NCBI GenBank assembly: GCA_964247055.1
Contig: OZ176053.1
Span: forward strand, 13,454,001-13,518,000
Direction: 5' to 3'
Source of the DNA: Paragordius varius
Taxonomy: Eukaryota; Animalia; Nematomorpha
Length of the DNA stretch: 64,000 nt
The position numbers and the translations under genes were made by a program. Under the pieces are notes generated by a model. The model searched no databases. It saw only the letters and a list, made by a program, of their open reading frames with translations, and was not told where the DNA came from. Position 1 is the first letter of the stretch. The number at the start of each line of letters is the position of its first letter. Positions 54,450 to 64,000 of the stretch are shown piece after piece.

Positions 54450-56870
54450 GGTGATATCACCTGATCAAATTTGGATTTTAGGTAGCCATTTTTAATTTTA
54501 AAATCGTATAAAATAAATTTTTTAAATATTTAAAAAATTCATAAAAATTACATTTATACTCCGATCTCGAAAATATTTGGGGTGATGATGGAACTACTAT
54601 AGGGCTACCCAAAAAAAATTTTGGCGACATCACCTGATCAAATTTGGATTTTAGGTAGCTATTTTTATTTTTAAAATCGTATAAAATAAATTTTTTAAAT
54701 ATTTAAAAAATTCATAAAAATTACATTTATACTCCGATCTCGAAAATATTTGGGGTGATGATGGAACTACCATAGGGCTACCCAAAAAAAATTATGGCGA
54801 CATCACCTGATCAAATTTGGATTTTAGGTAGCCATTTTTATTTTTAAAATCGTATAAAATAAATTTTTTAAATATTTAAAAAATTCATAAAAATTACATT
54901 TATACTCCGATCTCGAAAATATTTGGGGTGATGATGGAACTACTATAGGGCTACCCAAAAAAAATTTTCGCGACATCACCTGATCAAATTTGGATTTTAG
55001 GTAGCCATTTTTATTTTTAATATCGTATAAAATAAATTTTTTAAATATTTAAAAAATTCATAAAAATTACATTTATACTCCGATCTCGAAAATATTTGGG
55101 GTGATGATGGAACTACTATAGGGCTACCCAAAAAAAATTTTCGCGACATCACCTGATCAAATTTGGATTTTAGGTAGCCATTTTTATTTTTAATATCGTA
55201 TAAAATAAATTTTTTAAGTATTTAAAAAATTCATAAAAATTACATTTATACTCCGATCTCGAAAATATTTGGGGTGATGATGGAACTACTATAGGGCTAC
55301 CCAAAAAAAATTATGGCGACATCACCTGATCAAATTTGGATTTTAGGTAGCCATTTTTATTTTTAAAATCGTATAAAATAAATTTTTTAAATATTTAAAA
55401 AATTCATAAAAATTACATTTATAGTCCGATCCCCAAAATATTTGGGGTGATGATGGAACTACCATAGGGCTACCCAAAAAAATTATAGTGACATCACCTG
55501 ATCAAATTTGGATTTTAGGTAGATATTTTTATTTTTAAAATCGTATAAAATAAATTTTTTAAATATTTAAAAAATTCATAAAAATTACATTTATAGTCCG
55601 ATCCCCAAAATATTTGGGGTGATGATGGAACTACCATAGGGCTACCCAAAAAAATTATGGTGACATCACCTGATCAAATTTGGATTTTAGGTAGCCATTT
55701 TTAATTTTAAAATCGTATAAAATAAATTTTTTAAATATTTAAAAAATTCATAAAAATTACATTTATACTCCGATCTCGAAAATATTTGGGGTGATGATGG
55801 AACTACTATAGGGCTACCCAAAAAAAATTTTGGCGACATCACCTGATCAAATTTGGATTTTAGGTAGCTATTTTTATTTTTAAAATCGTATAAAATAAAT
55901 TTTTTAAATATTTAAAAAATTCATAAAAATTACATTTATACTCCGATCTCGAAAATATTTGGGGTGATGATGGAACTACCATAGGGCTACCCAAAAAAAA
56001 TTATGGCGACATCACCTGATCAAATTTGGATTTTAGGTAGCCATTTTTATTTTTAAAATCGTATAAAATAAATTTTTTAAATATTTAAAAAATTCATAAA
56101 AATTACATTTATACTCCGATCTCGAAAATATTTGGGGTGATGATGGAACTACTATAGGGCTACCCAAAAAAAATTTTCGCGACATCACCTGATCAAATTT
56201 GGATTTTAGGTAGCCATTTTTATTTTTAATATCGTATAAAATAAATTTTTTAAATATTTAAAAAATTCATAAAAATTACATTTATACTCCGATCTCGAAA
56301 ATATTTGGGGTGATGATGGAACTACTATAGGGCTACCCAAAAAAAATTTTCGCGACATCACCTGATCAAATTTGGATTTTAGGTAGCCATTTTTATTTTT
56401 AATATCGTATAAAATAAATTTTTTAAGTATTTAAAAAATTCATAAAAATTACATTTATACTCCGATCTCGAAAATATTTGGGGTGATGATGGAACTACTA
56501 TAGGGCTACCCAAAAAAAATTATGGCGACATCACCTGATCAAATTTGGATTTTAGGTAGCCATTTTTATTTTTAAAATCGTATAAAATAAATTTTTTAAA
56601 TATTTAAAAAATTCATAAAAATTACATTTATAGTCCGATCCCCAAAATATTTGGGGTGATGATGGAACTACCATAGGGCTACCCAAAAAAATTATAGTGA
56701 CATCACCTGATCAAATTTGGATTTTAGGTAGATATTTTTATTTTTAAAATCGTATAAAATAAATTTTTTAAATATTTAAAAAATTCATAAAAATTACATT
56801 TATAGTCCGATCCCCAAAATATTTGGGGTGATGATGGAACTACCAGGCTACCCAAAAAAATTATAGTGAC
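54450..56870. repeat. Higher-order repeat in satellite B: 7-monomer unit (1209 bp) present twice
   Basis: TTTTCGCGAC at 54969/56178 and 55142/56351, TTAAGTATT (G) at 55218/56427 and TTAGGTAGCT at 54651/55860 all give offset 1209. Confidence 0.88.
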
Positions 56871-58900
56871 ATCACCTGATCAAATTTGGATTTTAGGTAG
56901 ATATTTTTATTTTTAAAATCGTATAAAATAAATTTTTTAAATATTTAAAAAATTCATAAAAATTACATTTATAGTCCGATCCCCAAAATATTTGGGGTGA
57001 TGATGGAACTACCAGGCTACCCAAAAAAATTATGGTGACATCACCTGATCAAATTTGGATTTTAGGTAGCCATTTTTATTTTTAAAATCGTATAAAATAA
57101 ATTTTTTAAATATTTAAAAAATTCATAAAAATTACATTTATACTCCGATCTCGAGAATATTTGGGGTGATGATGGAACTACCATAGGGCTACCCAAAAAA
57201 ATTATGGTGACATCACCTGATCAAATTTGGATTTTAGGTAGCCATTTTTATTTTTAAAATCGTATAAAATAAATTTTTTAAATATTTAAAAAATTCATAA
57301 AAATTACATTTATAGTCCGATCCCCAAAATATTTGGGGTGATGATGGAACTACCATAGGGCTACCCAAAAAAATTATAGTGACATCACCTGATCAAATTT
57401 GGATTTTAGGTAGATATTTTTATTTTTAAAATCGTATAAAATAAATTTTTTAAATATTTAAAAAATTCATAAAAATTACATTTATAGTCCGATCCCCAAA
57501 ATATTTGGGGTGATGATGGAACTACCAGGCTACCCAAAAAAATTATGGTGACATCACCTGATCAAATTTGGATTTTAGGTAGCCATTTTTATTTTTAAAA
57601 TCGTATAAAATAAATTTTTTAAATATTTAAAAAATTCATAAAAATTACATTTATACTCCGATCTCGAGAATATTTGGGGTGATGATGGAACTACCATAGG
57701 GCTACCCAAAAAAATTTATGGTGACATCACCTGATCAAATTTGGATTTTAGGTAGCCATTTTTATTTTTAAAATCGTATAAAATAAATTTTTTAAATATT
57801 TAAAAAATTCATAAAAATTACATTTATAGTCCGATCCCCAAAATATTTGGGGTGATGATGGAACTACCATAGGGCTACCCAAAAAAATTATAGTGACATC
57901 ACCTGATCAAATTTGGATTTTAGGTAGATATTTTTATTTTTAAAATCGTATAAAATAAATTTTTTAAATATTTAAAAAATTCATAAAAATTACATTTATA
58001 GTCCGATCCCCAAAATATTTGGGGTGATGATGGAACTACCATAGGGCTACCCAAAAAAATTATGGTGACATCACCTGATCAAATTTGGATTTTAGGTAGC
58101 CATTTTTATTTTTAAAATCGTATAAAATAAATTTTTTAAATATTTAAAAAATTCATAAAAATTACATTTATACTCCGATCTCGAGAATATTTGGGGTGAT
58201 GATGGAACTACCATAGGGCTACCCAAAAAAATTATGGTGACATCACCTGATCAAATTTGGATTTTAGGTAGCCATTTTTATTTTTAAAATCGTATAAAAT
58301 AAATTTTTTAAATATTTAAAAAATTCATAAAAATTACATTTATAGTCCGATCCCCAAAATATTTGGGGTGATGATGGAACTACCATAGGGCTACCCAAAA
58401 AAAATTATGGCGACATCACCTGATCAAATTTGGATTTTAGGTAGCCATTTTTATTTTTAAAATCGTATAAAATAAATTTTTTAAATATTTAAAAAATTCA
58501 TAAAAATTACATTTATAGTCCGATCCCCAAAATATTTGGGGTGATGATGGAACTACCATAGGGCTACCCAAAAAAATTATAGTGACATCACCTGATCAAA
58601 TTTGAATTTTAGGTAGATATTTTTATTTTTAAAATCGTATAAAATAAATTTTTTAAATATTTAAAAAATTCATAAAAATTACATTTATAGTCCGATCCCC
58701 AAAATATTTGGGGTGATGATGGAACTACCATAGGGCTACCCAAAAAAATTATGGTGACATCACCTGATCAAAGGATTTTAGGTAGCCATTTTTATTTTTA
58801 AAATCGTATAAAATAAATTTTTTAAATATTTAAAAAATTCATAAAAATTACATTTATACTCCGATCTCGAGAATATTTGGGGTGATGATGGAACTACCAT
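56600..58900. repeat. Local ~3-monomer periodicity (~513-517 bp) in satellite B
   Basis: The TCGAGAAT variant is at 57151, 57664 and 58181, then 58867 (one 4-mer step). It alternates with GGTAGATAT monomers. Confidence 0.7.
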
Positions 58901-61900
58901 AGGGCTACCCAAAAAAAATTTTGGCGACATCACCTGATCAAATTTGGATTTTAGGTAGCCATTTTTATTTTTAAAATCGTATAAAATAAATTTTTTAAAT
59001 ATTTAAAAAATTCATAAAAATTACATTTATACTCCGATCTCGAGAATATTTGGGGTGATGATGGAACTACCATAGGGCTACCCAAAAAAATTTATGGTGA
59101 CATCACCTGATCAAATTTGGATTTTAGGTAGATATTTTTATTTTTAAAATCGTATAAAATAAATTTTTTAAATATTTAAAAAATTCATAAAAATTACATT
59201 TATACTCCGATCTCGAAAATATTTGGGGTGATGATGGAACTACTATAGGGCTACCCAAAAAAAATTTTGGCGACATCACCTGATCAAATTTGGATTTTAG
59301 GTAGCCATTTTTATTTTTAAAATCGTATAAAATAAATTTTTTAAATATTTAAAAAATTCATAAAAATTACATTTATACTCCGATCTCGAAAATATTTGGG
59401 GTGATGATGGAACTACCATAGGGCTACCCAAAAAAATTATGGCGACATCACCTGATCAAATTTGGATTTTAGGTAGCCATTTTTATTTTTAAAATCGTAT
59501 AAAATAAATTTTTTAAATATTTAAAAAATTCATAAAAATTACATTTATACTCCGATCTCGAAAATATTTGGGGTGATGATGGAACTACCATAGGGCTACC
59601 CAAAAAAAATTTTGGCGACATCACCTGATCAAATTTGGATTTTAGGTAGCCATTTTTATTTTTAAAATCGTATAAAATAAATTTTTTAAATATTTAAAAA
59701 ATTCATAAAAATTACATTTATACTCCGATCTCGAGAATATTTGGGGTGATGATGGAACTACCATAGGGCTACCCAAAAAAATTTATGGTGACATCACCTG
59801 ATCAAATTTGGATTTTAGGTAGCCATTTTTATTTTTAAAATCGTATAAAATAAATTTTTTAAATATTTAAAAAATTCATAAAAATTACATTTATAGTCCG
59901 ATCCCCAAAATATTTGGGGTGATGATGGAACTACCATAGGGCTACCCAAAAAAAATTATGGCGACATCACCTGATCAAATTTTGATTTTAGGTAGCCATT
60001 TTTTATTTTTAAAATCGTATAAAATAAATTTTTTAAATATTTAAAAAATTCATAAAAATTACATTTATACTCCGATCTCGAAAATATTTGGGGTGATGAT
60101 GGAACTACTATAGGGCTACCCAAAAAAAATTTTGGCGACATCACCTGATCAAATTTGGATTTTAGGTAGCCATTTTTATTTTTAAAATCGTATAAAATAA
60201 ATTTTTTAAATATTTAAAAAATTCATAAAAATTACATTTATACTCCGATCTCGAAAATATTTGGGGTGATGATGGAACTACCATAGGGCTACCCAAAAAA
60301 ATTATGGTGACATCACCTGATCAAATTTGGATTTTAGGTAGCCATTTTTATTTTTAAAATCGTATAAAATAAATTTTTTAAATATTTAAAAAATTCATAA
60401 AAATTACATTTATACTCCGATCTCGAAAATATTTGGGGTGATGATGGAACTACTATAGGGCTACCCAAAAAAAATTTTGGCGACATCACCTGATCAAATT
60501 TGGATTTTAGGTAGCCATTTTTATTTTTAAAATCGTATAAAATAAATTTTTTAAATATTTAAAAAATTCATAAAAATTACATTTATAGTCCGATCCCCAA
60601 AATATTTGGGGTGATGATGGAACTACCATAGGGCTACCCAAAAAAAATTATGGTGACATCACCTGATCAAATTTGGATTTTAGGTAGCCATTTTTATTTT
60701 TAAAATCGTATAAAATAAATTTTTTAAATATTTAAAAAATTCATAAAAATTACATTTATACTCCGATCTCGAAAATATTTGGGGTGATGATGGAACTACC
60801 ATAGGGCTACCCAAAAAAATTATAGTGACATCACCTGATCAAATTTGGATTTTAGGTAGATATTTTTATTTTTAAAATCGTATAAAATAAATTTTTTAAA
60901 TATTTAAAAAATTCATAAAATATACATTTATAGTCCGATCCCCAAAATATTTGGGGTGATGATGGAACTACCATAGGGCTACCCAAAAAAATTATGGTGA
61001 CATCACCTGATCAAATTTGGATTTTAGGTAGCCATTTTTATTTTTAAAATCGTATAAAATAAATTTTTTAAATATTTAAAAAATTCATAAAAATTACATT
61101 TATACTCCGATCTCGAAAATATTTGGGGTGATGATGGAACTACCATAGGGCTACCCAAAAAAATTTATGGTGACATCACCTGATCAAATTTGGATTTTAG
61201 GTAGCCATTTTTATTTTTAAAATCGTATAAAATAAATTTTTTAAATATTTAAAAAATTCATAAAAATTACATTTATAGTCCGATCCCCAAAATATTTGGG
61301 GTGATGATGGAACTACCATAGGGCTACCCAAAAAAAATTATGGCGACATCACCTGATCAAATTTTGATTTTAGGTAGCCATTTTTTATTTTTAAAATCGT
61401 ATAAAATAAATTTTTTAAATATTTAAAAAATTCATAAAAATTACATTTATACTCCGATCTCGAAAATATTTGGGGTGATGATGGAACTACTATAGGGCTA
61501 CCCAAAAAAAATTTTGGCGACATCACCTGATCAAATTTGGATTTTAGGTAGCCATTTTTATTTTTAAAATCGTATAAAATAAATTTTTTAAATATTTAAA
61601 AAATTCATAAAAATTACATTTATACTCCGATCTCGAAAATATTTGGGGTGATGATGGAACTACCATAGGGCTACCCAAAAAAATTATGGTGACATCACCT
61701 GATCAAATTTGGATTTTAGGTAGCCATTTTTATTTTTAAAATCGTATAAAATAAATTTTTTAAATATTTAAAAAATTCATAAAAATTACATTTATAGTCC
61801 GATCCCCAAAATATTTGGGGTGATGATGGAACTCCCATAGGGCTACCCAAAAAAAATTATGGCGACATCACCTGATCAAATTTGGATTTTAGGTAGTCAT

Positions 61901-64000
61901 TTTTATTTTTAAAATCGTATAAAATAAATTTTTTAAATATTTAAAAAATTCATAAAAATTACATTTATACTCCGATCTCGAAAATATTTGGGGTGATGAT
62001 GGAACTACCATAGGGCTACCCAAAAAAAATTATGGTGACATCACCTGATCAAATTTGGATTTTAGGTAGCCATTTTTATTTTTAAAATCGTATAAAATAA
62101 ATTTTTTAAATATTTAAAAAATTCATAAAAATTACATTTATACTCCGATCTCGAAAATATTTGGGGTGATGATGGAACTACCATAGGGCTACCCAAAAAT
62201 AATTATGGTGACATCACCTGATCAAATTTGGATTTTAGGTAGCCATTTTTATTTTTAAAATCGTATAAAATAAATTTTTTAAATATTTAAAAAATTCATA
62301 AAAATTACATTTATAATCCGATCCCCAAAATATTTGGGGTGATGATGGAACTACCATAGGGCTAGCCAAAAAAAATTATGGTGACATCACCTGATCAAAT
62401 TTCGATTTTAGGTAGCCATTTTTATTTTTAAAATCGTATAAAATAAATTTTTTAAATATTTAAATATTCATAAAAATTACATTTATACTCCGATCTCGAC
62501 AATATTTGGGGTGATGATGGAACTACCATAGGGCTACTCAAAAAAAATTATGGTGACATCACCTGATCAAATTTGGATTTTAGGTAGCCATTTTTATTTT
62601 TAAAATCGTATAAAATAAATTTTTTAAATATTTAAAAAATTCATAAAAATTACATTTATAGTCCAATCCCCAAAATATTTGGGGTGATGATGGAACTACC
62701 ATAGGGCTACCCAAAAAAAATTATGGCGATATCACCTGATCAAATTTGGATTTTAGGTAGCCATTTTATTTTTAAAATCGTATAAAATAAATTTTTTAAA
62801 TATTTAAAAAATTCATAAAAATTACATTTATACTCTGATCTCGAAAATATTTGGGGTGATGATGGAACTACCATAGGGCTACCCAAAATAATTATGGCGA
62901 CATCACCTGATCAAATTTGGATTTTAGGTAGCCATTTTTATTTTTAAAATCGTATAAAATAAATTTTTTAAATATTTAAAAAATTCATAAAAATTACATT
63001 TATTGTCCGATCCTCCAAAATATTTGGGGTGATGATGGAACTACTATAGGGCTACCCAAAAAAAATTATGGCGACATCACCTGATCAAATTTGGATTTTA
63101 GGTAGCCATTTTTATTTTTAAAATCGTATAAAATAAATTTTTTAAATATTTAAAAAAATCATAAAAATTACATTTATACTTCGATCTCGAAAATATTTGG
63201 GGTGATGATGGAACTACCATAGGGCTACCCAAAAAAAATTATGGCGACATCACCTGATCAAATTTGGATTTTAGGTAGCCATTTTTATTTTTAAAATCGT
63301 ATAAAATAAATTTTTTAAATATTTAAAAAATTCATAAAAATTACATTTATAGTCCGATCCCCAAAATATTTGGGGTGATGATGGAACTACCATAGGGCTA
63401 CCCAAAAAAAATTATGGCGACATCACCTGATCAAATTTGGATTTTAGGTAGCCATTTTTATTTTTAAAATCGTATAAAATAAATTTTTTAAATATTTAAA
63501 AAATTCATAAAAATTACATTTATACTCCGATCTCGAAAATATTTGGGGTGATGATGGAACTACCATAGGGCTACCCAAAAAAAATTATGGCGACATCACC
63601 TGATCAAATTTTGATTTTAGGTAGCCATTTTTTATTTTTAAAATCGTATAAAATAAATTTTTTAAATATTTAAAAAATTCATAAAAATTACATTTATACT
63701 CCGATCTCGAAAATATTTGGGGTGATGATGGAACTACTATAGGGCTACCCAAAAAAAATTTTGGCGACATCACCTGATCAAATTTGGATTTTAGGTAGCC
63801 ATTTTTATTTTTAAAATCGTATAAAATAAATTTTTTAAATATTTAAAAAATTCATAAAAATTACATTTATACTCCGATCTCGAAAATATTTGGGGTGATG
63901 ATGGAACTACCATAGGGCTACCCAAAAAAATTATGGTGACATCACCTGATCAAATTTGGATTTTAGGTAGCCATTTTTATTTTTAAAATCGTATAAAATA

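Larger units (their letters stand above)
15483..64000. repeat. Satellite array B: head-to-tail tandem repeat with a 172-173-bp monomer, about 280 copies, truncated by the window end
   Basis: The anchor TATGG(T/C)GACATCACC recurs at 15491, 15664, 15837 and 16010 and continues to the end of the window. Consensus: TATGG(T/C)GACATCACCTGATCAAATTTGGATTTTAGGTAGCCATTTTTATTTTTAAAATCGTATAAAATAAATTTTTTAAATATTTAAAAAATTCATAAAAATTACATTTATA(C/G)TCCGATC(TCG/CCC)AAAATATTTGGGGTGATGATGGAACTACCATAGGGCTACCCAAAAAAA(A)T (45/173 G+C by hand count). Confidence 0.98.

Noticed and set aside
59956-63773. Three identical 62-aa minus-strand ORFs (59956-60144, 61338-61526, 63585-63773)
   Set aside because: Each is the same chance frame: a monomer with an extra T next to a TTTTGG-allele monomer. 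The peptide begins and ends in the same repeat phase (MSP...VMSP). Identity reflects satellite duplication, not a gene family.
1-64000. CRISPR array or other prokaryotic repeat system
   Set aside because: There are no unique spacers; the entire 172-191-bp unit repeats. There are no cas or any other genes in 64 kb.
1-64000. Identity with Arabidopsis CEN178 or primate 171-bp alpha satellite
   Set aside because: Only the lengths are similar. The sequences are more A/T-rich and lack the motifs I know from those families. No species assignment is supportable from sequence alone.
15483-64000. A7/A8/A9 run-length variation as an independent signal
   Set aside because: Homopolymer length is error-prone in long-read assemblies. 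It often tracks HOR copies and so is probably partly real, but I did not use it as primary evidence.
1-64000. Embedded transposon, rDNA, tRNA or telomeric repeat
   Set aside because: Reading through the window I found no interruption of either array by non-satellite sequence. The largest irregularities are indels of 13 bp or less.

Overview
This window contains no genes. It is entirely AT-rich tandem satellite DNA, as expected for eukaryotic centromeric or pericentromeric heterochromatin, and consists of two different arrays joined directly. Satellite A (1-~15483) has a 178-bp monomer of about 28% GC and about 86 copies; about a quarter of these are 191-bp variants carrying a 13-bp internal duplication. 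Satellite B (~15483-64000, running off the window) has a 172-173-bp monomer of about 26% GC and about 280 copies. Both monomers are rich in dyad symmetry: A has an 18-bp near-palindrome and a 14-bp inverted repeat, and B has a perfect 24-bp A/T palindrome and a 58-bp imperfect hairpin. Both arrays show local higher-order repeats (HORs) whose period changes along the array (4-, 9-mer in A; 8-, 7-, 4/13-, 21-, 5-, 7-, 3-mer in B). The monomers of B next to the junction resemble the distal 40-63 kb domain more than their immediate neighbours, which suggests layered expansion. All five supplied ORFs are chance reading frames through satellite monomers. I could not assign either satellite to a named family or species, and I found no evidence of a protein-coding system. 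All counts and offsets were made by hand and should be confirmed computationally.
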